64,000 bases of DNA from Lepidodermella squamata (Eukaryota > Animalia > Gastrotricha): assembly GCA_047495785.1 (NCBI GenBank), contig JBLDXI010000028.1, positions 868,001 to 932,000 on the forward strand, read 5' to 3'. The position numbers and the translations under genes were made by a program. Of this stretch, positions 52,801-64,000 are shown one piece after another; the stretch's first letter is position 1, and the number at the start of each line of letters is the position of its first letter. The notes beneath the pieces are model-generated. The model saw only the letters and a list, made by a program, of their open reading frames with translations. It searched no databases and was not told the origin of the DNA.

Positions 52801-55724
52801 GAAGAACTAAACCATTAGAGCCAACAAGCGTGAATGTTGGTGACATTGGTACTTTGTTGGTGCCAACAGGTTGCATGTAAAATTGCCAGTTTTCTGAAAA
52901 AATTGAGTGGTGTCATGCCTTTGAATACAATAGTCACCAAGATAACCTAAGCTTGAGCCGTCAAACAGCAAGCTTTGAACGGCTGCCCAATTACTGGCGA
53001 TTGGAGCTTTAGCCATTTGTGCCGCTTTATAGAGCTGAATAGATTGGACACGAACCGTGTAAGCCGATTTAGGTACGGAGATTCCCACCATCCAGGGCCC
53101 AGCCTTCCAAAATCCTGGAATCTTGACATCTTGCGCTAGCTTCACGGGTGCATCATTCGAGAAGAAAGATACCTGGTTGATATTATATGGTACAATTGAT
53201 ACATAGGTATGAAAGTTTCATATTTCACATTGAGCTTTTCGTCGGTTGTTATCGTGAACTCAAAGCACACATTTTTTGAGCTTGTCACCGATCGCGATGC
53301 CATGATTATTCGTGAAGCAGACGCGTCGTCGTTAGGTTGGTCATCGTAAAATAGGCTCAAGGTTTCCACATTTTGAAGACTTATCAACTGCACACCAAGG
53401 CCTTTGAACTTGCTCGCCAGATAAACGTATTTTCCCGCTGAAAATGTGAAAAATTTGAAAATGTGTCTGCTACGCTCAAGTATTACACAGTTGCTAACTT
53501 GGGTAACCTGCAGCCAAGTGAGTAGCTGGCACGAAAAACACATTCACCCCACTGACAGAAGTTCTTGTTAGACAGTAGGCAACTTTAAGATCTTGTCCTT
53601 GCGGAATATCCTGAGAGGTTAAATATCAGTAGTGCATGTTTCGCCGTGGATAAACAATCCGGGAGACCAATTACCCGAGTTGAATAAAGCACTGCTTGTT
53701 GCCCCGCCCCGGTTGGCAATATTAGTTGGTACCCGATCGAAGAATCGAAAGCTGTCGACGCACTTACAATAGTTCCGCTATCCACCTTGGCGGCTACGGC
53801 ATAATTGCCTGAAGAGAGGAAAGGTGAAGCAAAGTGGCAAGGATATTATATTATTACTTGTATTAGACCCGTCGAAGCTGAAATTCGGATCTAGCTGCCA
53901 GTCCTGTCCTGAGCTGTTCAGGTAATAAGTAACGATGCTAAGAACTTCGACTGCGCCAAGCTCGCGTGGCTATGATGATATAAGCATGTTTGATTGTTCT
54001 TGTGGAGACTTTGGGACGGTTTTACTTACAGTTACTTGCCCTGATGTGGAGGCGGCAACCCCAAGCTGCAGATCGCCAAAATGGCCGTCAAAGCCAGTTA
54101 TACTGACGCCATCAACTAACTTGGTAGTGGCAGCAGGGCTACCGAATTCGCGCCACACACTGACTTTTTCATCGGCGATTTCAACGACAAGAAGATTGTA
54201 CCCTGCTGATAGGCCAATCACACCAGGTGCCACGGCCATTCGCAATGCTTCAGGAGCATCAGTATAGAATTCGGCGGAGTTAAGTTCAACCACGGCACGG
54301 CTATACACGACAACTGAGACATTCCGTGCAGGGTTGAAAATAATTCCAAGACCGCTGAAGTACGTCATATTGATGTTTAGGCGATTAACTTTTGCAAATT
54401 AAAGCTGTAATTCAAATGGTACTGATATTATTTCTGATTACCTCCGCGAGCAGTTTTGGCTTTGTCCACAAGCCAAATGGCGTAAGGTGCTCCTAAGGTG
54501 TTTCTCTGATTGGTGAATGCATTCAGCGAAACCTCGATACGCAAATTTCGATGCATTATAGCCTATATCATCAGAAAATGTGTTCATCTATAATTAGAAG
54601 GATCAGCCCCTTATACCGAGGAGGACCACAGGCCGCCAACTTGAATCGCTGTTGTGTCATCAATCACGCGAACAGAAAGGTCACCTTTTGTAAATTTCGC
54701 TGCCGTTTCGACAGCTTGCCATGTATTGCTCTTCGGATTGAGAATTGCAGACGCAATAGGCAGCGATAGGTCGGGCGAGTAGCTCAAAATCAAATCACTT
54801 CTTGTCAGAGGGATTTTGGGAGAAGGACTTGATTTAGGAACTTTAGAGAGTCGGTGAAGTGTTATTATTATGTTCAATATATAACTAAGGAGCAAAGTTA
54901 TTACCCATAGTGCAAAGGCGTAAGAATTCCTGCAGTTGTGTCTGACTTTGTATTACAGAGCTAAAGATACCGTAGCAGGCTACCGAACCAGCAAAGTTAA
55001 AGAGCGCTGGTGGGCTGGGATTACGCATTCTGATTATTGGAATGGTTTGTATAATTGAAGAAACACTACCTAGCACCAATGCGCATGCCACCAGTTGCCT
55101 GTGAATACTTCCTCTGCGTAACACCTCCTATGGACTTGTTTTGTACCCAGGAATTTCCACATAGCACAGAAACCATTTCATCAATGCCATTGTACTTGAA
55201 TCCTAGCAGCAGCCATTCATTTGTAGCGGGACATGCGGCTGACCACGGCTGAAATAACCCTGCCAATCCAGCGACGAATGTGAGCGAATTGTCACTGGCT
55301 TTTATTGTTACATTCGGCCCGGAAGGGAGGTACTCGAAAAACGGTCCGTAAGAAGCTGGGGGTTGAAGCTTGACCAGCCCTAAAACTGTCCAGGATGTGT
55401 CGCCTGTAACCAGCAGATCTTGCGATGGGAATGCAATGCAGCTGTTGGCATCTTGTCCAACGGCGAAAGAAGTCCCACTGACACCGGGATACCCCTCAAC
55501 TGAGGAGTCAACGACTGCCCGACTGCTGGCACATAGTTTGCCGTGATTCCCGTTTCCACTCAAGTCCTGAAACTGAGTGACACTCGTTAGGGGCCAGAAA
55601 GCGATTGGACCTGGAAAAACCGATAGTCATTTCAAACTCAGAACCATAGCTACATTATCTCACGGCAAATAGCGGGTTGCGATCTCAGCAGCAATGTTAC
55701 TGTCAGCAAAATTTCAAGCAGCAT
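49884..55724 (-). CDS. Cys-loop ion channel subunit with LamG + L-type lectin repeats + stalk (paralog B)
   Basis: Signal exon MLLEILLTVTLLLRSQPAIC (ATG 55724); PIAFWPLTSVTQFQDLSGNGNHG; same exon layout as paralog A; last exon 49884-51308 carries CPLNLAKFPYDTQTC and M1-M4. Confidence 0.85.
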
Positions 55725-56259
55725 CTTTCTCGCAGTTTTCCTACTCCATTCCAAGAGGCAAATGCGAAACGCTGAAAAAATACTTTAGAAAACTCCCAAT
55801 TAAAACTGTCGATCAATTATTTGAGGCACTTATTTTTATACCTCTTATGGCCGTCATGTTCGTGCGTAGCAACAGTTTTTGTCTTGGTTTCGCTGATATT
55901 TGCTCGTTATCTCAAGGCTAATTAAAAACGTCACTTCATAAATAAAAATCGGGGTTATTTCTCCAGTCGCATGGAGAATTCTATGGATGGAAAGGCGAAT
56001 AGGTTCCAGACCTGGATCTATTGCGTATGCTTCATCTTCGCTGAGCACACCACGAGCCCACGCAGATTAGATTAACCTGATTTCTACGGAGCATACCTTC
56101 ATTTTTACGCTCAACAATATAAATTGTAAGGAATAAAAAGTCATCCTCCGTGAAATTGAGCTGATTTTTTTATTTCGTAAACAACACTTTTAAAAACTGT
56201 CAAAATCAGACTTGAAACCACAGGGTATTAGATGAACGAATCAGCGCAGCTAATCGAAG

Positions 56260-56983
<724 letters not shown>

Positions 56984-57228
56984 TATAGCAGCAAAGAATT
57001 CCTCAAAAAAAATCTACCAATAAAACAGAAAAATCCAATAATTCGATACCAAGCGCAATGAGAGCATTCTTATTTATAGCCAGCATCAACATAGAACAAC
57101 ATGATATAACAAAGCAAGAAAAAATTCGATTCTTAAGACACGAAAGACGATTAAATTAAGGCAGTGATAATTTCGCAAAATTGATCGCGATGGAATGTTT
57201 GGGTTTGACCCTTAGAAAGCCAATTTTT

Positions 57229-57807
57229 TCATTTTTTGGTGAGTGGCATATCGAACACGTATTCCATCGATGAGCGAAGTGATTCGTGCAGCATAGCTGG
57301 GCGGAATTCGAAGAACAGCAGAGCAGCGGCCCAGACGAGGGCGGCGAAAAATCGCCGGTTAAACACCGGGTTGGCGAAGAAGGCCCTTGGTTGGCCCGAC
57401 GAGTTGGCGTAGATGAGTTTAAACACTGCATAAACAACTCGCGACAACATGTAGAGATTCACTTGCTCGGAAATGTGGTCATCACGCGAGAAGGCCAAGG
57501 TGCCGGCGATTAGACCGCTTACCAGTACAACAAACGCGCTTGGCTTGTCCTTGTCCGCGCCATTTGGCAGTAAATTGCCGAGAAACGCTCGGCAGCCTTT
57601 GTAGACGAGTGAAACTACGGCTAGATTTCGGCCGTGGTTGACGGCGTTGGTGATGATGAAGCGCATTTTCGTCGACCAATCGCCCTTTTTGAATAGGATA
57701 GCCATTACCAGCGAATGGGCGAAGCGAATTCGGAAGCCGTAAATGGCACCCTGTTTCGCGCCCCGCAACAACCCGCCCTCGTCGAAAGCTGATAGCACCA
57801 AATCCAT
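57229..57807 (-). CDS. PXMP4: Peroxisomal membrane protein 4 (PMP24, Tim17 family), intronless
   Basis: Motifs GAIYGFRIRFAHSLVM, HGRNLA..VYK, EQVNLYMLSRV, LVWAAALLFFE, LRSSMEY. Confidence 0.9.
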   Translation of the reverse strand: MDLVLSAFDEGGLLRGAKQGAIYGFRIRFAHSLVMAILFKKGDWSTKMRFIITNAVNHGRNLAVVSLVYKGCRAFLGNLLPNGADKDKPSAFVVLVSGLIAGTLAFSRDDHISEQVNLYMLSRVVYAVFKLIYANSSGQPRAFFANPVFNRRFFAALVWAAALLFFEFRPAMLHESLRSSMEYVFDMPLTKK

Positions 57808-58006
57808 CTGCTGTTCTTTCGAAATTTATAAATAAAAAAGCCCTATCGACCAACAAATTTGAAAAAAAATTGAAATTGAAATTTATAAAAATCAAATTTA
57901 AAAAATGTAAAAAATTGGAAATTTAAAATTAAATTTTTTTTAAAAAAAATCAAATTTTAAATTATCCATGAAAGAGTGATTTTTCGATATCGTATGATTT
58001 TTTAAA

Positions 58007-59494
58007 TTAATCTTCATTTAATTTCTCGATTTCAGTTTTTTCATGTTGACTGCAAGCTAACCACAGTGAAATGATGAAAACCGGTATGTGAAATGCAATC
58101 GCAACAATAAAAATAAGGCCATGAATCATTGGTGATAATTGGCCATTCGGCGCTGCAAATTCGAGGCAAGCCGAATAAAAATTGTTAAAAATCACCGTCA
58201 TAATTACAGTCATCAGCGTTTCAAGCAGGGCACTAACCGCAAAAATTACGCCTCGGACATTTTCGTCGACTAATTCAGCGAGTAAAGCTCTCAAACCAGC
58301 CGGGCAGTAACCGCAGAGGCTAAACGTCACGCAGTAAACCCATGGGCTGAAAACCGGGAAATAATCGCCGAAAAATAGCACGGTATAGCCGATAAATTTC
58401 GAAATCACGCCCAAAACCGCCAGGGCAGCGTCGGAGAGCGGGAAAATCGGCGGCTTCTTAATTCTTAGTAACTTAATCGTGCCAACCAATTGAAGCCCAA
58501 TCAATATATTAGCAGTGCCTTGCAAAACGGCCCATAAATTAGATGGTAAAGAGATCGGATTACTGATTAAAAATTCGTAGAAAACCGACCCGATGCCGTA
58601 AACAACCCCGGAACTGATGCAACCCGCGAATAAAATTAGATAGACGCGATAATCCAATTTTTTATTTTTAGTAGTAGTAGATGATGATTCAATCGATTTA
58701 CCGCATAATGGCGATTTTGCGGCTAATGCTCCTGGTAGAAAGAGGTAACGCACCAACGAACCTCTTGCCTCGTCCTTAATTCTCGATTTAATTTCAGAAA
58801 TTGAGTGAAGTTCCGGGATTAACGCCATTGTATAGCAAATTGCGTATGCATTTATTAGAATTTGAATTAGGAAAACGAGAGGAGGCCCGCCTATCGTGAT
58901 TAGGCCGCTGCAAATTAGGTAACCAGCCGCGAATCCGAAAGTTAGACAAGCTTCCACCTTCGAAATTCGAAAAGTTCTCGCGTCGCCTTGGGTCGTTTTA
59001 CTAACATAGGCGAACCCAGATACGCAAACTGTACCGAACCCCCCACTGAAGCCGCTTATTAAGGTGGGTAGGCAGATTAAATAAGGACTGGTGAATGATG
59101 CGGGGAGATAGCTAAAAAGAAGTAGGAAAGCTGTACTTATAGCTGCGCCGAGGTGCGGCAAGCACATAGGCACCAAATACGTCAATCGATCACAAATAAT
59201 ACCCATGAAAATTGATATGAAAGCGCTAGGTATTGCCTGGAAAATTCCTGTTAGTGTTGAATATTGCGAGTATTCTTGTTGCAAGGCGTGTTCGAGATGG
59301 GATAGCGATCTATCGCTGTCAATGTTGTTGCAAATTTGCTCCGAGTTGTAATCGCGGAGGCACATTCGATAGTAGAGGAATTTTTGAAACGCCGGTGTTA
59401 CCATGCCAACTGTAACGCAGTACAGAAATACCGGAATTTCGACCACGAAAATCGAATCGGCAAGCGAAAGGAATTTTTTACTCAAATCCATCAT
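58007..59494 (-). CDS. SLC46/PCFT-like MFS transporter, copy 1 (intronless)
   Basis: VEIPVFLY, Cys-containing loop 1 (C..C..QQE), GIICDR, SGFSGG, AYVSKTT..RTFRI..E, LRALLAELV...RG.IFA; about 12 TM segments. True start is likely MMDL at 59494. Confidence 0.85.
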   Translation of the reverse strand: MMDLSKKFLSLADSIFVVEIPVFLYCVTVGMVTPAFQKFLYYRMCLRDYNSEQICNNIDSDRSLSHLEHALQQEYSQYSTLTGIFQAIPSAFISIFMGIICDRLTYLVPMCLPHLGAAISTAFLLLFSYLPASFTSPYLICLPTLISGFSGGFGTVCVSGFAYVSKTTQGDARTFRISKVEACLTFGFAAGYLICSGLITIGGPPLVFLIQILINAYAICYTMALIPELHSISEIKSRIKDEARGSLVRYLFLPGALAAKSPLCGKSIESSSTTTKNKKLDYRVYLILFAGCISSGVVYGIGSVFYEFLISNPISLPSNLWAVLQGTANILIGLQLVGTIKLLRIKKPPIFPLSDAALAVLGVISKFIGYTVLFFGDYFPVFSPWVYCVTFSLCGYCPAGLRALLAELVDENVRGVIFAVSALLETLMTVIMTVIFNNFYSACLEFAAPNGQLSPMIHGLIFIVAIAFHIPVFIISLWLACSQHEKTEIEKLNED

Positions 59495-59838
59495 TTTCGA
59501 GTAAAAAATTCTACAGAAAAATGAGCATTCAGTTATTGAGTTTTCAAATTGAAAAAGACCTTTGAAAATCGATTTTACATCGAAAACTAGAAAAATGAAA
59601 TAATAAAATTGGGTCTCATAAAAATCCAATAAAAAATTTAAAAAATTTAGGAAAAATGGTTTTTTAGATGAAACATTCTGAGAAAATATGGTGCACCGAC
59701 CATCGAGTGTGAGAGGATATTTTATTAAAACTTCATTCGTGAAAAAATCGAAGAGATCTATAAATTCGATTGCCAATAATTTAAAAGAAAAAATCACGTA
59801 AAAATTACAATTTCAACAGTAATACTGAGTGTTTAATA

Positions 59839-61341
59839 TCAAATCGACCGGTTTCCACTCTCAGCCAGTTTCGATTGTTTCCGTTCGATGAAAGCAAACC
59901 AAATAGAAATACCAAGAGGTGACAGCAGCATTGCATTGGCCACAAAAAATACCAAACCGTGAATGAGAGGCGGAATAACGCCATCGACCACAACTTCCAA
60001 AGTCGCCGAGTAAAAGTGATTGAAAACAAGCGTGCAAATGATATTCATAGCAGTTTCAGCGAAAGCACTGATCGCAAAAACACCACCACGAACCTTTTCG
60101 CCCGCCAATTTCGACATTAAAGTTCGAAGGATAATTGTATAAAACGGCGCGAAACTGAACACAACACAGTATACCCACGGACCGATTTGCGGGTAAAAAT
60201 CGCCGAATCCGAGAGCAGTGTAGCCGAGAATTCGCGAAATCACCCCAATAGCCATTAAAGTTGGCTCGGAAAATTTGCGGCGGAATAATCGAATTGTTAC
60301 GAAAAAATTCAACGCCATCAAACCGCAAAAAACAGCCTGAAGAATCGAGTATAAATACGCCGGCATAGAAATAGGCGAGCTAGTAACAAATTCGTAGATA
60401 ACAGAATTAATCGACATGATTACACCGGACGCAATCGAGCTCGAGAAAATGAGAAGCCAAATTTTCGGGTCAATTCTATGCCCCTCGTCCTTTGTCTCCT
60501 CAGATTTGCCGCAAATCGGGGATTTCGCCGCAAATTTACCGGGCAGAAATATGTAACGCAACAAAGAACCTCTCGCCTCTGTTTGAATTCTTCGTTTAAT
60601 TTCTTCTCTAGTATGCAACTCAGGAAGTAGGGCCAAAGTGTAGGTAATTGCGATTAAATTGCACGAGATTTGAACAAGAAATACCAGGGCAGGTCCGCCA
60701 AGTTTTAGCAGACCACCGCAAACAAGGGAACCGGTCGCAGAGCCGATGGCAAAACACGCTTCGAATCTAGCGATTCGAATCATACGTTTCGATGGATCTG
60801 TTGATTTACTGACGTAAGCGTACCCGGAAATGGCTATCGTGCTTAAATTGCCACTGATACCCGTCAAAAGGGACGGTAGGGCTAATATCAATGTAGTGGT
60901 CCATGATGTTGGCAAGAAGCTGTAGATTAATAAAATTGTCGTATTTATAGCTAAACCAATTTGTGGAATGGTTAACGGAGCGATAAAACTCAACCGGTCG
61001 CAAATCATTCCCAAGAAAACGGTGACGAACGCACCCGGAATGTTAGTTAGGAAGCTTGTTAACGTGGAGTAACTCGCGTATTCCTGTTGCACCTTAGCCT
61101 CATAGTCACTTAGCGATTTTTCTGTATCCACATTGGCGCATATTTCCTGGGAATCGAACAAGTTCAGGCAAATGCGGTTGTAGATGAAACTGGCAGATGA
61201 GGCGCCTGACATTCCCAGAGACATGAAGTACAAAAGCGCCGGAATTTCGACGATTGCAAACGCAGATCCGCATTTCAAAAACCCGTTCGTGAATCGAGTA
61301 CCGGAGTTACTAGGTGCCACTAAATTGACTTGATCGTCCAT
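59839..61341 (-). CDS. SLC46/PCFT-like MFS transporter, copy 2 (intronless)
   Basis: Same motifs: VEIPALLY, GMICDR, RMIRIARFE, LRTLMSKL..RGGVFA. Confidence 0.85.
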   Translation of the reverse strand: MDDQVNLVAPSNSGTRFTNGFLKCGSAFAIVEIPALLYFMSLGMSGASSASFIYNRICLNLFDSQEICANVDTEKSLSDYEAKVQQEYASYSTLTSFLTNIPGAFVTVFLGMICDRLSFIAPLTIPQIGLAINTTILLIYSFLPTSWTTTLILALPSLLTGISGNLSTIAISGYAYVSKSTDPSKRMIRIARFEACFAIGSATGSLVCGGLLKLGGPALVFLVQISCNLIAITYTLALLPELHTREEIKRRIQTEARGSLLRYIFLPGKFAAKSPICGKSEETKDEGHRIDPKIWLLIFSSSIASGVIMSINSVIYEFVTSSPISMPAYLYSILQAVFCGLMALNFFVTIRLFRRKFSEPTLMAIGVISRILGYTALGFGDFYPQIGPWVYCVVFSFAPFYTIILRTLMSKLAGEKVRGGVFAISAFAETAMNIICTLVFNHFYSATLEVVVDGVIPPLIHGLVFFVANAMLLSPLGISIWFAFIERKQSKLAESGNRSI

Positions 61342-61985
61342 TTTTCTCTATCATAAAATCTAGTGAGCATAGGAATCATTACAAATGCGACAAATTCGGT
61401 AGATTTCAAGTCGAAATAACTTGTAGGCGTGAGAAAATATTTCGCAGTTGGAAGTCTTGGAAGGCGAAAATAAGGAAATTGGAAAAAATTAGCAGAATTT
61501 TTTTTAATTTAAAAACTCGGATCAAGAAGCAAATTTTGATAGAATTCATTTTTCTAACTTCGTCAGAATTTAATAATAGCATGCGAATTCCCCAAAAATG
61601 ACAAGAATTTCATAGTATTCTGCTTGGAATTTTTCAAATTTATTGTGGGATTTTAAACAATAAAATCGATTTTGCATACCGAATACTATTCATACACGCT
61701 TATACTCGTCAAATTCTCAAAAATTAGTTGAAAATTAAAAAGCAAAATATTTTTTCCGCTGAATAAAAGCATTACAAAATATAGTAAAAATTCAAACAAA
61801 TTTAGATAAAATTTCAGAAAATGCTCATGGGTTTTTTGGGTTTGTTGGGAGAAGTTACGGTAATTTCAATAATATCTTTATTTCTCGATTCGGCTAAATC
61901 TCAGATCTCATCAATGGAAAATAGAAAAATTCTGCATAAATTGTAAGTGTCATAAAAATATATTTAAAAAAGTCAAATTATTGCA

Positions 61986-63461
61986 TCATTTTCTCGAAAT
62001 GTTTCTTTCGTTCAAGGCGAACCAAATTGCTATGGCAAGGGGTGATATCAACATGGCGCTGGCAACCAAAAACACAGAGCCACGAATGAAATACAAAACG
62101 CTAACATCCACGCCAGAGATAGCCAGCATGGTTGAGTAAAATCGATTAAAAACGACACTGAGAATTATAGTCATTGATATTTCAGCGAAAGCACTGATAG
62201 CAAAGACGCCGCCTCGAACCTTCTCACCGGTTAGACGCGACAAAATTGACCGCATCATAGCCGAGTAAAACGGAGAGAAGCTGTGGGCGACGCTAAAGAT
62301 CCAAGGGCTATATTTCGGGTAGAAATTGCCGAAACCAATGGCAATATAGCCCGAAATTCTCGAAATTACCCCAACAGTCATCAAAGTTGGTTCGGAAAAT
62401 TTGCGACGCAAAAATCGAATCGTTACGAGTAGATTAAAGCCCATCAACGCGCAATCGACTCCCTGAAGAGCCGAGTACAAATAACTTGGCATCGAAATAG
62501 GAGAGCTTGTGACAAATTCGTAAAAGGAAGAGTCTAACGAAAGCAGTACACCTGTCGAAATCGTACTCGAAAATATCAAAAGCCAAACTTTGGAGTTAAT
62601 CTGCTGCTTTTCGTCATTCGCCTCCTCAGATTTGCCGCAAATTGAGGCTTTTCCCGCAATTTTACCGGGTAAAAATATGTACCTCCATACGGAACCTCTC
62701 GCCTCTGCCGCAATTCTTAGTTTAATCTCATTTTCGCTATGCAATTCAGGTAGAATAGCAAAAATGTAACAAATTGCGATTAAATTACAAGAAATTTGTA
62801 TCAAAAATACCAAAGCCGGTCCGCTTATTTTCAACAAGGCACTGCTTATCAAGAAGCCAGTAGCTGAACCAATCGTAATACACGCCTCAATTCTAGCCAT
62901 TCGAACCGCTCGTTCATCGTCATTTGTTACACGGCTGATGTAAGAAGAGCTAGCCATCACAATAGTGTTCAAATTGCCAGTGAACCCAGTAAATAGGGCG
63001 GATAAGGCTAATATGAGTATTGAATTCGACGAGACAGGTATAAATGTGTACAAAAGTGAAACTGCTGTACTCAACGCCAATCCAATCTGGGGTATTGCCA
63101 ATGGGGCTCGAAAACTCAATCGATCGCAGACATTTCCCAGAAAAATTGTGACAAAAGCACTCGGAATATGGGTCAGCAAATTTGTTAAGGTGGCGTAATT
63201 TGCATATTCCTGCTGCACTTTGACCTCGTACTCACTCAGCGACGCGTCCTTATCAAGATTATCGCAGATTTGTCGTGAATCGAATTTAGCTAAGCAGATC
63301 AAGTTGTAGATGAAACTCTGAGAAGAAGCTCCAAGCATGCCAAGCGATAAATAGAACAAAAACACTGGAATTTCGACAATAGCCAGAGCAGATCCACATT
63401 TGAGCACTGCATGTTTATAGCGGCTACTCGCCGCTGGAACCAACGCGTCTAAATCACTCAT
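61986..63461 (-). CDS. SLC46/PCFT-like MFS transporter, copy 3 (intronless)
   Basis: Same motifs; ATG MSDL at 63461; closely similar to copy 2. Confidence 0.85.
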   Translation of the reverse strand: MSDLDALVPAASSRYKHAVLKCGSALAIVEIPVFLFYLSLGMLGASSQSFIYNLICLAKFDSRQICDNLDKDASLSEYEVKVQQEYANYATLTNLLTHIPSAFVTIFLGNVCDRLSFRAPLAIPQIGLALSTAVSLLYTFIPVSSNSILILALSALFTGFTGNLNTIVMASSSYISRVTNDDERAVRMARIEACITIGSATGFLISSALLKISGPALVFLIQISCNLIAICYIFAILPELHSENEIKLRIAAEARGSVWRYIFLPGKIAGKASICGKSEEANDEKQQINSKVWLLIFSSTISTGVLLSLDSSFYEFVTSSPISMPSYLYSALQGVDCALMGFNLLVTIRFLRRKFSEPTLMTVGVISRISGYIAIGFGNFYPKYSPWIFSVAHSFSPFYSAMMRSILSRLTGEKVRGGVFAISAFAEISMTIILSVVFNRFYSTMLAISGVDVSVLYFIRGSVFLVASAMLISPLAIAIWFALNERNISRK

Positions 63462-64000
63462 TTTTCCAATTACCAACTACGAAATCATCTATAAAAAGAA
63501 CGGCATCATGTTAACAAATAGTTTTAATTTCTTCATTTTGATTTTTCGTTCGTAGCATGTAAAAATATTCAAATTAGCTTGATCAACGGTGTAGAGCACA
63601 CATGAAACTGTGGACAATGACGGTACGCCTATCATTAGAATAGATGCATATAATAGCGAAATTTATCAGATATATTTCTTCTCAGAAGGAGCACGATTAT
63701 ATATAAAGATGAGACGTGACAAAAATGTTTACAGGTATCAACGTCATCGGCGTGTTGATCGCAGACATTTAGACATGAAGATACGAGTCCATATGATTCT
63801 GCACAGCAAACGAAAGACTGAGAAAGCCAACGCAAACGACGTCAAGACTAGAGCAGAAAATGACATGGCCAACTGAAAAATAAATAAAACACAAAATTAA
63901 AAACTCAAATTTGACAAGAAATTTCAAAGAAATGGGCGGAAATTTCAATGCAGTATTTATTGAATTTTCAAAATTCTAAATTTTACACGGAAAGAGGCTA

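Noticed and set aside
55854-56048. Short ORF containing CTGGAGAAATAA, the same as the POLR2L 3' end, as a duplicated exon
   Set aside because: Only a 13-bp match with no extended similarity; could be chance.
59495-59797. N-terminal 100-aa extension of the 596-aa transporter ORF
   Set aside because: Starts at a non-ATG codon in AT-rich, Phe-rich intergenic sequence. The paralogs begin near the MMDL start.

Overview
This window is compact animal (invertebrate, probably spiralian) nuclear DNA, not prokaryotic. Most genes are split by GT-AG micro-introns of about 50-70 bp, so the ORF track shows exon fragments. In order: (1) 3' end of a fibrinogen-domain gene; (2) a giant polycystin-1-like gene of about 22.6 kb (CTL, LamG, kringle, WSC, F5/8C, PAN, PKD, REJ, GPS, PLAT and channel domains; roughly 6,700 aa by my estimate); (3) a secreted PQQ/BamB-like beta-propeller; (4) a divergent Shaw/Kv3-like K+ channel; (5) a decayed C-type lectin; (6) a CBM14-LamG-inactive trypsin mosaic; (7) a nuclear receptor with only the ligand-binding domain; (8) two tandem paralogous Cys-loop ion-channel genes; (9) POLR2L, PXMP4 and three intronless SLC46-like transporters. 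Several MITE-like repeats lie between genes. The most striking candidate for a new system is the Cys-loop pair. Each subunit carries a signal peptide, a LamG domain, about four L-type (legume/VIP36-like) lectin domains and a mucin stalk in front of an orphan cation-type pentameric channel, i.e. a possible 'lectin-gated' ion channel. All domain calls are by motif recognition only; no searches were run.
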